A stretch of 64,000 bases of DNA, taken from NCBI GenBank assembly GCA_041753395.1, contig JBGSUQ010000029.1, positions 326,706 to 390,705 of the forward strand, given 5' to 3'. A program made the position numbers and the translations under genes. This document shows positions 17,982 through 28,761 of the stretch, one piece after another (position 1 is the first letter of the stretch; each line of letters opens with the position of its first letter). Source of the stretch: Spirochaetota bacterium. Lineage in GTDB: Bacteria; Spirochaetota; UBA4802; UBA5550. Below the pieces are notes generated by a model, which made no database searches, was not told the origin of the DNA, and saw only the letters and a list, made by a program, of their open reading frames with translations.

Positions 17982-20900
17982 ATGAAGAGCGCAAGAATCA
18001 CACAAATTATTAAACTGTTAACGGGCGATCTCGCCCTGATCCGGCACAGGATCATCCTGGGAGTCCTCGCTCCCTTTATTGCATTTTCATTATCCGCCTG
18101 TAACGGCAACGTGTTCTCGTCGCTGCCGGGAAATTCAAACCAGATGCTGTACATGATGATGCTGGGACTCATAAATAACGTATCCGATGTCCAGGTATCA
18201 TCCATTACCTCGGATAATTCCAATGGAACATACGGCATAAGCTCAAGCTATTCCGTTGTTGTAACCTTCAGCGGGCCGGTGACCCTTGATAGCGGTATTA
18301 TTGATGTGACCCTGAACAGCGGCGAAATCGCCCATGTTACCACTGCCCATCCGACGATTGCGAACAGTTATTATGGTATCGTTACCGTCGCCGAAGGCGA
18401 TTCAACACCAGCGAGTGTGTACCTTAACGCGACCGCGATAACCAGGATCGGCGGTACATTGTATGATTCGGAGAACAGGAACGTGCTGCTCACCATTCCT
18501 GCTTCAAGCAACATCGCAAATAACAAAAATATGATTATAGACGGCATACGCCCGGTAATTACCTCGATAACCACCTCGACATCCAATGGCACGTACGGGT
18601 CTGGCGCGGGCATCGATATTACCGTAAACTACAGCGAGACTGTCAGCCTATCAGGCGGGACCCTTGATCTTGCATTGAATTCATTTGATGGTTCCGTATA
18701 TGCGACTCCCCAGATAACCGGCATTGGCGGATCAACTTCGAGCACTATCACCTATACTGTCGGAACCGGGTATAGCACATTCCTGGCGGATCTTACGATT
18801 ACGGGAATAACCCCGACCGGCCTCTCGGTTATTGACAATGCCGGGAACACCATGGCGGACTTTACCATCCCCGGAAGCAGCAACCTGGCGGACAATTCGG
18901 ATATTATAATCAACGGAACCATGGCCGGCATCACATCCATTACATCGGCCAAGGCGGACGGCAGGTACGGCATTGGCACCTCCATTGGCGTTACGGTTAA
19001 TTTCAGCAGTTCAGTCAAACTGACAGGCGGGACCCTTGATGTAACCCTCAACTCGGGCGAGACCATCAGTATTAACCCCTTCACCGGTACGTCAGGCAGC
19101 GCCACCTATACCGTCACAGGCGGGCATAACAGCACAGACCTCGCCGTGACCGGAATAGTATTGAATGGCGGCACTATCGAAACAGAGGTAGGCCTCAACC
19201 CCGTGGACCTGGATGTAACAGGAAATAATCTGTCAACAAACAGCATTATTATCGACACAACGTCACCAACGATCAGCTCCGTGACATCATCGTCGGCAAA
19301 CGGCACCTATGGGAATGGCACCAATGTCAACGTGACGGTCAACTTCAATGAGCCGGTGACCCTCTCCGGCGGCCCCCTGAACGTGACCCTCGACACCGGC
19401 CATGTCATTTCATTGAGCGCTGTGACGTACCCGTCATCGGTGTTAACCGGCACCTATACAGTGGCAGTCGGCGAAACCAGCCCAGACCTTACCGCGGTTT
19501 CGCCGCTTTCCCTTACCGGAACGATAATTGACGCTTGCGACGAAAACCCGAACACCTTGACCGGTCCGACCACTCTTTCAATACCGGCATTACAAAACCT
19601 TGCTGATAACAAAGCAATAGTTATTGACGGTGTGCTTCCTACCGTCAGCCTGATAACCTCAACCAACACCAACAGCTCCTATGGAATTGGATCGACCATC
19701 AACATACAGGTCCAATTCAGCAAGAACGTAACACTGGCAGGTGGGACACTGGACGTGACCCTCGGCACCGGTGATGTTATCAGCTTTAACACTATTAATA
19801 ATACCAATATAGCCAATGCGACCTACACTGTCGGGTCCGGCGACAACAGCGCGGACCTGACGGCGACCTCCATTGCCCTCAGTTCCGGCGCTACACTGCG
19901 GGACGCTGCAAACAACAACACGGCCGTGTCTCTTCCATCGGGACAGAACATAGGGGACCTTAAAAATATCATCATTGATACCACCAAGCCGACCATCGCG
20001 TCGGTAACGTCCACAACGTTGACCGGCACCTATGGGACCGGCGCCATCGTTAACATCACCGTCACTTTCAGCGAGCCGGTGACACTGACCGGGGGCGGAC
20101 TTAATGTGACCCTCAATTCGACCCGCGGGGCAACGCCCATTACGGTGGTAATAGCTCCCTTCGGTATTGCGTCATCAACCGCCACAACAACTTATACAGT
20201 AGTCGCCAACGACACGTCCTCCGGCGCAGACCTGAACGCAGACAGCATAGCCCTGGGAACAGGCGCGACAATAACCGACACCGTGGCGACCAATCCCAAT
20301 ACCATGACAGTCTTCACCGTCCCGGCCCTGAATAACCTCGCAGATGATGCGGATAGTAAAATTAAAATAGACGGCGTCCTGCCGTTGATATCGTCGATCA
20401 ATTCTTCAACACCGGACGGCACCTATGGTTCCAGTTCGCCCATCATAGTGGAATTGAATTTCAGCAAGCCCGTGACCCTTGCCGGCGGCGTACTGAACGT
20501 GACCCTGGACACGGGCGACGTGATTACCGTGAGCGCCGGGGCATATCCTGCGACAACCCTGACCGGCACCTACACGGTGGGCTCCGGTGATGCGAGCGCA
20601 GACCTGAATGTGACAAACATAGCCCTGGGCGGCGTCGCCACCCTGCGGGACAGTGTGGCCAACAGCCCCAACAACGCTGTGCTGATGCCCCTGCCTTCGA
20701 GCAACCTGGCGAACAACAGGGCATTCGTCATTGACGGCGTACTGCCGGTCATAACTTCAATAAACTCGTCAACGTCCAACGGCACCTACGGCGCAGGCGC
20801 GGTCATAAATGTGACCATTAATTTCAACAAGGCGGTGACCCTGGCCGGAGCCGGCACCCTCGACCTGACCCTGGACACCGGGGAAGTGGTGTCGATCGCT

Positions 20901-23900
20901 GCCATATCCGGAGCGACGACCGCAACCGGGACCTATACTGTCGGCGCAGGGGAAACCAGCGCGGACCTTAACGTGACCGGCATTGCCCTTAGCGGCGCGG
21001 CTACTCTGCGGGACAGCGTGCCCAATAACCCTAACAACGCGAACCTGGCCCTCCCCTCCAGCAATCTGGCGAACAACAAGGCCATTGTCATAGACGGCGT
21101 GGCGCCGGTTATTACATCGATAACATCAACCACAGCGGATGGCCGGTACGGCCCTGGAGCGGTCATTAACGTTCGGCTCAACTTCAGCAAGAACGTGACC
21201 CTTACAGGGGGTTCCCTGGGCGTGACCCTGGACACGGGTGATGTGCTGAGCATTCCCACCATCAGCAACGCGACCCAGGCAAACGTAAACTACACGGTAG
21301 GCGCCGGCGACACCAGCACCGATCTGAACGTGACCGGTATTGCGCTGAATAGCGCGACCTTGAATGACCAGGTGGCCAACAACCCGAATAATGCGGACCT
21401 GTCGCTGCCGGCGGGGCAGAACATGAGCAACAACAAGGCCCTCGTAATAGATTCAACGCCTCCCACCATCACGTCGGTTACTTCGACGAGCGGCGATGGC
21501 ACATACGGTACCGGCGGCACGATCAACGTGACGGTGAATTTCAGCGAGCCGATACAGATCGTTGGCGCCAGTGGAATACTCATTACCCTCAACTCTACCA
21601 ACGGCGGTACGCCAAAAACCGTGACATTATTCAACGCGGACGTATCAGGCTCCAGCGCGAGCAAGACCTACACCGTGGCGGCTAACGATACCACGTCCGG
21701 CGTGGATCTGTTAGTAAGCAGCATCGCCGGGATCAGCGGAGCAACGATTCGCGACGTATGCACCAGTAACAGCAATACTCTGACGGATTATTCAATACCA
21801 GGCGGCCAGAACCTGGCGGACAGCACAAGCATAGTGGTCAATGGCATCGGGGCGTCCATATCGTCCATAACCTCATCGACGGCTGACGGCCGGTACGGCG
21901 GCGGCTCCACTATCAACGTGACAGTGAACTTCAGCGCCTCGGCGACCCTGACTGGCGGCACCCTGGACGTAACCCTGGACAACGGCGCGGTCGTAAGCAT
22001 CAATCCTTTTGTAGGGACCTCGGCTTCCGCCACCTATACCGTGGCCGGCGGCCAGAACAGCTCCGACCTGTCCGCAACGAATATTGTCCTGAACGGCGGC
22101 ACTATTGTCACGACTATCGGAGGCAATGTGGTCAACCTGTCGCTGCCGGTGAACAACTTTTCAACGAAAAACATCATCGTGGACACCACGGCACCGACTA
22201 TCGCTTCCGTGACATCGACGACGAGCAACGGCACCTACGGGGCAGGCGCGACCGTCAATGTGCGCATCCTGTTCTCAGAACCGGTGACCCTTACGGGGGC
22301 TTCCGGTCTGAACGTGACCCTTGATACGGGCTCGGTGGTGAACATTACGCCATTTACCAACGCCAGCACGGCCAATGGCACCTACACGGTGGCCGCAGGG
22401 CAGAGTAGCACGGACTTGACGGTAAGCAGCGTTGCCCTGGGCAGTGGCGCGACCCTCAAAGACACCAGCACTTCCCAATACGCCCTGACCGATTTCTCAG
22501 TACCGGGCGGCAGCAACCTGGCGGACAACAAGGCCATCGTCATCGATGGCGTCGCCCCGGTCATTTCATCAATTAATTCATCGACTTCCGACGGCGCTTA
22601 CGGCGTCGGAGCAAGCATCAACGTACAGGTCAATTTTAGTGAACCGGTGACCCTGGCGGGAGGCCTTCTGAACGTGACCCTCAGCACCGGAGACGTAGTT
22701 TCCGTAAGCGCGGGATCATATCCGGCGTCGCAGCTGACCGGAACCTACACCGTGGGCACCGGCGATTCCAGCGCGGACCTCAATGTCACACTGGCGGCCC
22801 TGGGCGGCAGCGCCACCCTGCGCGACGACGTCGCCAATAATCCCAATAACGCGAACCTGGCCCTGCCGGTGAGCAACCTGGCGAATAACAAGGCCATTGT
22901 AATTGACGGTGTAGTACCGACGATTTCATCCATTTCTTCGTCGACCGGGAATGACACATACGGGGCGGGTGCAATAATCAATATCACCGTCACCTTCAGC
23001 AAGAACGTGACCCTGGCCGGCGGCACCCTGGACCTTACCCTCGACACCGGAACGGTGGTACAGATCCCGGCCTTCACCAATTCACTGACGGCGAGCGGGT
23101 CCTATACGGTAACTTCCGGCCAGAGCAGCGCGGACCTCGACGTGGATAGTCTCGCCCTGGGCGGCGGCGCCACCCTGCGCGACACGGTGCCGAATAATCC
23201 GAACAATGTGGACATTTCCCTTCCATCGAGCAACCTGGCGTATAACAAGGCCATCGTCATCGACGGTGTGGTCCCGGTTATCTCGTCCATATCATCCTCA
23301 ACCATCAACGGCACCTATGGCATCGGCGCAAATGTGGATGTGACTGTCACCTTCAGCAAAAACGTGACCCTGGCCGGCGGCACCCTGGACCTGACCCTTG
23401 ACACGGGCGCGGTGGTCCAGATCGCCGCCTTCACCAACTCATTGACGGCAAGCGGGACCTACAATGTGACATCCGGCCAGAGCAGTTCCGACCTGAACGT
23501 CAGCAGTATAGTCCTGAACGGAGCCACCCTGCTTGACACGGTGCCCAACAATCCGAACAGTGCCAACCTGGCCCTGCCGGCAAGCAACCTGGCGAACAAT
23601 AAGGCCATCGTCATCGACGGCCTCGCCCCGACCATCTCTTCAGTCACGTCGATGACCGCCAACGGGACCTACCCATCCGGCGAGAATATCAATGTCACGG
23701 TTTACTTTTCCGAGTCCGTTACCCTTTCCAGCGGGACCCTGGATGTGGCCCTCAACTCGGGGTACACGCTCCATATATCACCCTTCTCGGGCACATCTGC
23801 AAACGGCACTTACACCGTGCTTGCCGGCAACACCACCTCCGGCGGGTACCTGACAGCCACCGGGATAGGAACAACCGGAGGCACAATCAGCGACGGAGCC

Positions 23901-26900
23901 AGCAATGCCTTAAGCGATTACTCGATACCGGCGACCCAGAACATCGGGGATCTCAAGAATATCATCGTGGACGGTGTTCTGCCGGCCATAAGTGCGGCTG
24001 AGACCATGGATGTGGACCATGACGGAAGGATCGATTACTACAAGATAACGTTCAATAAAAATATCAAGGACAGCACCTTCCCGGGCTATTCGTCGAACAA
24101 CCTGGGTACGGCCCAGACCGACTGGCTTGTTGCGGGACATACGAGCATAGTCCTGGCGCACGGCACTGCGGCCCCGGTAACTGATACGATAAATGATACC
24201 ATCATCTATCTCATGTTTAACGAAATCCCGACCGGCTACGATACTGATTCAAAGCCGGACCTGACCACCACGTTGACCCCTGGCCTTACCGACACCATAG
24301 GCACAACAGGCAATCCGCTGGCCCAGGTTGGCACGACTACGATTATCGAAACCGATAAGGCGGCCCCGATAATCGTTGCCTCCAGCGGCGTGACCGGAAC
24401 GAATGTCATGGCCATCACCTTCAGCGAGCCGGTTGACCCGAACGGAAGCACCGGCGCCTGTTCTTCCACCATTGGCTCAAGCGCCTTTACCTACGTGAAC
24501 AGCAGCGGTGGCGGCGTAGCGAGCATCTCCAGCATGAGCGGAGACACCACAGCCTGCGACGACAACAAGGTGACGGTGCAGATCAACACGAACCTCACCG
24601 CTGCTGACCTGAGCCCAATTCCGGACCAGTTGCACGCAGCGGCGAGCGCCCTTTATGACATGGGCGACAACCCCGTGGATTCATCTCTCAACGTGGCTAT
24701 AAGCGGCGCCATATCACCCTACGTGCTGGGTGTGACCGCCACCGGAACGAGGAAGATCAGGATCACTTATTCCGAACCGGTGGACAACAGCACGGGCGCC
24801 ACGGGCGCGATGAACCTGGCCAACTACACCCTCATCGAGGACCCGGTGCAGTCAGGATGCTCCGGCGGATCGGATACCATTAACCTTACGGGATCGGTGA
24901 CGGAAGTAACCGCAAATACCGATTTTGAGCTGACTGTCGATGCTGACGAGTGCCCTACCACGACCTACCGACTGACAGTGGCGAACGTGGTTGACATAAA
25001 CGACAGCGTGGTCATTGTGGCGCCGGTTTACGGGAACTTCCTTGGGAACGAACGTCTCAAGGTATCTTCGGCGTCATGCCTCACCACTTCAACGATGGTG
25101 GTAGTTTTCAATAAAGCGGTCTTGGCCGGTTCAGGCAACAATGGAGCAGAATCAACCGCCCGGTATCTGTATACCGGACCTACAAACCTGGGAACCATAT
25201 CCAGCGCCGTACGGGGAACCGGCGGCAACACCAACCAGGTGACTCTGACCCATTCGGTAATCCAGACAGGCTCCACTTATACGGTAATCGGCGCGAATAC
25301 CCAGACCTCTGACGGTTTTGATGAAACATCCATCAGCGGAACCCCATCATACCGCCCGATAAAAACCGCGGACCTCGCTGAATCGCTCCAGGACTCGCCG
25401 CGCGACCGATCACCATGGGTCGGGTGCGGAACTGCCATTACCGATCTTGAACAAGGACCGGTCTCGAACGATCCTTTCGGCGACGGCACGACCTTCGGAT
25501 ACCTTGCATCATACGCGGGTAAGGTGTACATAGGCCCGAACGTGAACGGCAATGCGGCCAATAGGATGGAACCCGATGCTACGAACCCGGTCAATGTATA
25601 TTTTTCTTTTGCTCAAGACACAGGTACTGTTGATACTTCAAGCAACAGCGCTACAACCCGCGACGGGGGCATCGCAGTACCGCCCTATGTTACTATCGGT
25701 CATACCGGATGTACGACGAATAGTGGGAATCTGGCAACAGGATGCGGTCCGGACAACGAGGACGGACGGGGCGTGTTCAATTCCGGAACGCTGGGGGCGT
25801 CTGACTATATCATAATGGGCGGTGCCCGCACAACAGCCAATTTCAATTACCTGTACTATTCAAGTAGTACCGGCATAACCCTGAGCTTCAATTATATTGA
25901 TCTGGGCACCATTACCGGTACAGCAACGCAGGGCCTGTCTTCTTTTAACATTACCGGCGATAGGATATTCATTGGCATGGCAAAAACACAGGCCACAGGC
26001 CATGCCAACAATTCGCCTGACTTCGGCAAAGTAAATTTTACTACCAGCACAGAAGGCAATTGTCTTGCCGGCTCTAACTGCGATGCGACTGACGGTGTGA
26101 ATGGCGCCCGGTTCTTCATCAACCACATGCCTTATTTTGGCGGGGGCGGCCAATATGACACCAACAGCAGTCCCAACTGGGCGTGGATGGTTGGCGTAGA
26201 TTCACTCTATATTTTTAACGGATATATTTATGCCGCAAATGGGGGCCATAATGCCACAAACCATAATGGCGCGGTTATTCGTTCATCTGTCGATAACGGA
26301 GGAACATCGAATAATCCAAGGGTTTGCTCAGCAGTCAACGTTTGCGATGATTGGTCTATGATCACTCCATCAGACGCGGCATGGTATAATACCGATCAAC
26401 GGTATTCCGTAGAGTTGACAAAAATCGCCGACCTCATACCGGCGGACAAGGCGGTCCCGGGCTTTGCCGATTTCAACGGTAATCTCTACATGATTCGTAA
26501 CTCGTGCAATGTCGCCTCTTCCGGGACAGATTTCGATACAGCCGCCCATACCACGGCCGGCTGTACCGACGGCTCCTATACAAACCGTCAGCCCCAGCTC
26601 TGGAAATGCGTGCCCGGAGCGAATAATACATGTGAATCGGGAGAATGGTCGCTGGTCGCGGAAACAGGCGGCGTCACTAACATGGGTACTGCCGCCAACC
26701 ACTCCATCACCATGGTCATCCGCAACGGCTCGCGTCTCTACATCGGCTTCGATTCGGTCAGCGGCGTTCAGGTATGGAGGACCAAGTCTGGCGTGACCAA
26801 TCCCACAGCAGCAACCGATTTTGAGCAGGTCGGTACAACAGGCTTGAATGATCCTACCAACATGCTGCAGATTTTTTCGACTCTTTCCATTAACCAGGGA

Positions 26901-26975
26901 AGCGATTACAATCTCTACATATGTACCGGCAAGAACCTGACGCCGATGTCGGTGTACCGGCAGGTAAACCAGTAA
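17982..26975 (+). CDS. Giant (2997 aa) surface lipoprotein / adhesin: about 16 tandem Ig-like repeats of about 120 aa plus a roughly 1000-aa non-repetitive Gly/Thr/Asn-rich C-terminal region
   Basis: GAGGAGGA SD. Lipobox 'AFSLSAC'. Repeats of the form 'VIDGVxPxISSIxSxTxDGTYGxGxxINVTVNFSxxVTLxGGTLDxTLDTG...'. Single uninterrupted ORF. Confidence 0.9.
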   Translation: MKSARITQIIKLLTGDLALIRHRIILGVLAPFIAFSLSACNGNVFSSLPGNSNQMLYMMMLGLINNVSDVQVSSITSDNSNGTYGISSSYSVVVTFSGPVTLDSGIIDVTLNSGEIAHVTTAHPTIANSYYGIVTVAEGDSTPASVYLNATAITRIGGTLYDSENRNVLLTIPASSNIANNKNMIIDGIRPVITSITTSTSNGTYGSGAGIDITVNYSETVSLSGGTLDLALNSFDGSVYATPQITGIGGSTSSTITYTVGTGYSTFLADLTITGITPTGLSVIDNAGNTMADFTIPGSSNLADNSDIIINGTMAGITSITSAKADGRYGIGTSIGVTVNFSSSVKLTGGTLDVTLNSGETISINPFTGTSGSATYTVTGGHNSTDLAVTGIVLNGGTIETEVGLNPVDLDVTGNNLSTNSIIIDTTSPTISSVTSSSANGTYGNGTNVNVTVNFNEPVTLSGGPLNVTLDTGHVISLSAVTYPSSVLTGTYTVAVGETSPDLTAVSPLSLTGTIIDACDENPNTLTGPTTLSIPALQNLADNKAIVIDGVLPTVSLITSTNTNSSYGIGSTINIQVQFSKNVTLAGGTLDVTLGTGDVISFNTINNTNIANATYTVGSGDNSADLTATSIALSSGATLRDAANNNTAVSLPSGQNIGDLKNIIIDTTKPTIASVTSTTLTGTYGTGAIVNITVTFSEPVTLTGGGLNVTLNSTRGATPITVVIAPFGIASSTATTTYTVVANDTSSGADLNADSIALGTGATITDTVATNPNTMTVFTVPALNNLADDADSKIKIDGVLPLISSINSSTPDGTYGSSSPIIVELNFSKPVTLAGGVLNVTLDTGDVITVSAGAYPATTLTGTYTVGSGDASADLNVTNIALGGVATLRDSVANSPNNAVLMPLPSSNLANNRAFVIDGVLPVITSINSSTSNGTYGAGAVINVTINFNKAVTLAGAGTLDLTLDTGEVVSIAAISGATTATGTYTVGAGETSADLNVTGIALSGAATLRDSVPNNPNNANLALPSSNLANNKAIVIDGVAPVITSITSTTADGRYGPGAVINVRLNFSKNVTLTGGSLGVTLDTGDVLSIPTISNATQANVNYTVGAGDTSTDLNVTGIALNSATLNDQVANNPNNADLSLPAGQNMSNNKALVIDSTPPTITSVTSTSGDGTYGTGGTINVTVNFSEPIQIVGASGILITLNSTNGGTPKTVTLFNADVSGSSASKTYTVAANDTTSGVDLLVSSIAGISGATIRDVCTSNSNTLTDYSIPGGQNLADSTSIVVNGIGASISSITSSTADGRYGGGSTINVTVNFSASATLTGGTLDVTLDNGAVVSINPFVGTSASATYTVAGGQNSSDLSATNIVLNGGTIVTTIGGNVVNLSLPVNNFSTKNIIVDTTAPTIASVTSTTSNGTYGAGATVNVRILFSEPVTLTGASGLNVTLDTGSVVNITPFTNASTANGTYTVAAGQSSTDLTVSSVALGSGATLKDTSTSQYALTDFSVPGGSNLADNKAIVIDGVAPVISSINSSTSDGAYGVGASINVQVNFSEPVTLAGGLLNVTLSTGDVVSVSAGSYPASQLTGTYTVGTGDSSADLNVTLAALGGSATLRDDVANNPNNANLALPVSNLANNKAIVIDGVVPTISSISSSTGNDTYGAGAIINITVTFSKNVTLAGGTLDLTLDTGTVVQIPAFTNSLTASGSYTVTSGQSSADLDVDSLALGGGATLRDTVPNNPNNVDISLPSSNLAYNKAIVIDGVVPVISSISSSTINGTYGIGANVDVTVTFSKNVTLAGGTLDLTLDTGAVVQIAAFTNSLTASGTYNVTSGQSSSDLNVSSIVLNGATLLDTVPNNPNSANLALPASNLANNKAIVIDGLAPTISSVTSMTANGTYPSGENINVTVYFSESVTLSSGTLDVALNSGYTLHISPFSGTSANGTYTVLAGNTTSGGYLTATGIGTTGGTISDGASNALSDYSIPATQNIGDLKNIIVDGVLPAISAAETMDVDHDGRIDYYKITFNKNIKDSTFPGYSSNNLGTAQTDWLVAGHTSIVLAHGTAAPVTDTINDTIIYLMFNEIPTGYDTDSKPDLTTTLTPGLTDTIGTTGNPLAQVGTTTIIETDKAAPIIVASSGVTGTNVMAITFSEPVDPNGSTGACSSTIGSSAFTYVNSSGGGVASISSMSGDTTACDDNKVTVQINTNLTAADLSPIPDQLHAAASALYDMGDNPVDSSLNVAISGAISPYVLGVTATGTRKIRITYSEPVDNSTGATGAMNLANYTLIEDPVQSGCSGGSDTINLTGSVTEVTANTDFELTVDADECPTTTYRLTVANVVDINDSVVIVAPVYGNFLGNERLKVSSASCLTTSTMVVVFNKAVLAGSGNNGAESTARYLYTGPTNLGTISSAVRGTGGNTNQVTLTHSVIQTGSTYTVIGANTQTSDGFDETSISGTPSYRPIKTADLAESLQDSPRDRSPWVGCGTAITDLEQGPVSNDPFGDGTTFGYLASYAGKVYIGPNVNGNAANRMEPDATNPVNVYFSFAQDTGTVDTSSNSATTRDGGIAVPPYVTIGHTGCTTNSGNLATGCGPDNEDGRGVFNSGTLGASDYIIMGGARTTANFNYLYYSSSTGITLSFNYIDLGTITGTATQGLSSFNITGDRIFIGMAKTQATGHANNSPDFGKVNFTTSTEGNCLAGSNCDATDGVNGARFFINHMPYFGGGGQYDTNSSPNWAWMVGVDSLYIFNGYIYAANGGHNATNHNGAVIRSSVDNGGTSNNPRVCSAVNVCDDWSMITPSDAAWYNTDQRYSVELTKIADLIPADKAVPGFADFNGNLYMIRNSCNVASSGTDFDTAAHTTAGCTDGSYTNRQPQLWKCVPGANNTCESGEWSLVAETGGVTNMGTAANHSITMVIRNGSRLYIGFDSVSGVQVWRTKSGVTNPTAATDFEQVGTTGLNDPTNMLQIFSTLSINQGSDYNLYICTGKNLTPMSVYRQVNQ
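18195..23960 (+). repeat. DNA-level tandem repeats (period about 340-375 bp, about 16 units) encoding the Ig-like domains of the giant adhesin
   Basis: Recurrent near-identical stretches (for example 'ctggcgaacaacaaggccatcgtcatcgacggcgt', 'ggcggcaccctggac'). They produce the ladder of spurious antisense ORFs in the six-frame track. Confidence 0.85.
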
Positions 26976-26985
26976 GCAGATTAAA

Positions 26986-27016
26986 TAAAAAACGGCCGCG
27001 GAAGCGGCCGTTTTTT
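26986..27016. terminator. Bidirectional rho-independent terminator (CGGCCGCGGAAGCGGCCG + TTTTTT) between convergent genes
   Basis: 7-bp GC stem, GGAA loop, A-run upstream and T6 downstream. Lies 11 bp after the giant-gene stop. Confidence 0.7.
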
Positions 27017-27052
27017 CATATCTGTTCTTGAAGAACTATACACATACAACGT

Positions 27053-27988
27053 TCACTTCTTTGCAGGCATGGCTTCTTCCCTCACCTTCATCATGTTATT
27101 GAACATAATCCTGATGAAATTTACCGAATAATCCACAGACGGCATATCCACCAACAGGAACATCAGCCATCGATACTGGCATAGTACACTGACGCTCCCC
27201 TTTTCCTGCCAGTGACAAGCCTTCAGTGGCGTCCCGGGGATGGGGATGAATCCGGTCAGGGTCTTGTTCATTTTCGCCAATTGGGTTACGATGTTCCCAT
27301 AACGCCGTTTTGCTTCCTGTTCTGAATCCAGTTTCTGCGCATAGATATGGGCCACATTTGCCTGGGCCTGGTAGGTGGCTCCGTAGGCGTTAACGACATC
27401 GATACCGCCGATTACGCGCGACCTTATGTAGATAACAGAATCAGCGAAGCGGTTCTCGGCAGGCAGTATCTTCCAGTGATAGGAACAACCCGGCCGGGTC
27501 CTGAGCTTTTCGTATAGATCCAGTATCTTTTCACCGTGCTGGCGATAAAATGCGGCATAGGTCATCGGGTTCGTCGGCGAAGTGATCCAAAACACATATT
27601 CGCCGTTATAGCCCGCAAAATAGGGGGACCGGTAAGACATCTCCCCTCGTTTATATTCCCATCGCTCGCGCGGCATCGCCGTCAGGGCCGAGTAAATACC
27701 GTAGGTGTCGTCAGTATTTTGACACCGGGCCATTCCAAGGATAATTTGTATACCGCCGTAGTCGTATTCACCTGCGCTGATCCCCCGAGGCTTGAATTCA
27801 GCCATAACAGATTGCAGGAGAGCATCTCTATTAACCAGTGCAAGAGCCTTATCATCATGGTGGACTCTATTCATCCTGGCAGCGCCCTTGTCATCAAGCG
27901 AAGGAGGGAATATCTTGCCCATCTGGCCTGAACACGACACGATAACTATCATAACAATCAACAACAATGTCCGGGTCATTTCATTCAT
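27053..27988 (-). CDS. Hypothetical lipoprotein (about 310 aa)
   Basis: Probable start at an internal Met giving 'MNEMTRTLLLIVMIVIVSCSG' (lipobox). No recognisable domain. Confidence 0.55.
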   Translation of the reverse strand: MNEMTRTLLLIVMIVIVSCSGQMGKIFPPSLDDKGAARMNRVHHDDKALALVNRDALLQSVMAEFKPRGISAGEYDYGGIQIILGMARCQNTDDTYGIYSALTAMPRERWEYKRGEMSYRSPYFAGYNGEYVFWITSPTNPMTYAAFYRQHGEKILDLYEKLRTRPGCSYHWKILPAENRFADSVIYIRSRVIGGIDVVNAYGATYQAQANVAHIYAQKLDSEQEAKRRYGNIVTQLAKMNKTLTGFIPIPGTPLKACHWQEKGSVSVLCQYRWLMFLLVDMPSVDYSVNFIRIMFNNMMKVREEAMPAKK

Positions 27989-28104
27989 GTAAGGTTCCTG
28001 TATATATATTGGGATATCCCATTGCACTCTGAATTACTTGTGGCACTGTTTTAAACGTACGCTTCCGCAGCCGCGCCTGCCATCGATAAACTATTACTTT
28101 AATC

Positions 28105-28524
28105 TTATTTTTTCTTGGGCATCAGCACCGGGGCCATCCACATGTCGTGAAGGTTGCACTTGACAACAATCTTATATTGTCCTTTCTCCGGATCGGGGAG
28201 TTTGAATTGAGCATGGGCTACATTTAAAGAGAAAGAAATACTTTTTGATTCTATCTCCCTGCTGCCGTCCACAAGAACAATAGCCTCTATGTAATGGAGA
28301 GGACGCTTAGACGGTTTGAGAGGCACCTGGACATCAATGGTATCTTTTCCGGTTACGGTTATAATGGGAACATGGGTGTCTGATTTATCAATCCATAAGC
28401 CTTCATTAGATGCAGTGTGGTACTTGGGCTGGACTATCTTTTCATCTTCATCTATGCTGCCGCACTGAAGAAAAATGAAACCCATCAACACAATAAAAGA
28501 ATAGATAATTATCGGTCTTTTCAT
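28105..28524 (-). CDS. Small secreted hypothetical protein (139 aa)
   Basis: Signal peptide 'IIIYSFIVLMGFIFLQCG'. Beta-rich. No catalytic motif recognised. Confidence 0.55.
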   Translation of the reverse strand: MKRPIIIYSFIVLMGFIFLQCGSIDEDEKIVQPKYHTASNEGLWIDKSDTHVPIITVTGKDTIDVQVPLKPSKRPLHYIEAIVLVDGSREIESKSISFSLNVAHAQFKLPDPEKGQYKIVVKCNLHDMWMAPVLMPKKK

Positions 28525-28761
28525 AGTTTTATTTCATCCTGATTATACCCAGTATTGCAACAAAATTGAGAATAATATAAATATATCATTATTTCAAGAT
28601 TATTTTTTATTATATAATTATAAAACAAATAACATGTATTTCATCAATTATATTGTCTTAATCATTTAGAATGTATATCTTACACCTAAAATTGAATTAT
28701 TTCTTGACGATAATCGTTAAGAGGGCCATTATATCTTAATCATTCCCGCGGAGGAGTTTTA

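Noticed and set aside
18371-25594. Ladder of about 25 minus-strand ORFs of 60-120 aa (for example 18752-19105, 20933-21268, 21290-21664, 22745-23080) inside the giant adhesin gene
   Set aside because: They are antisense read-through frames created by the GC-rich, tandemly repeated coding sequence. They have no RBS and encode repetitive Pro/Val/Thr-rich nonsense. The single 9-kb plus-strand ORF explains the region.
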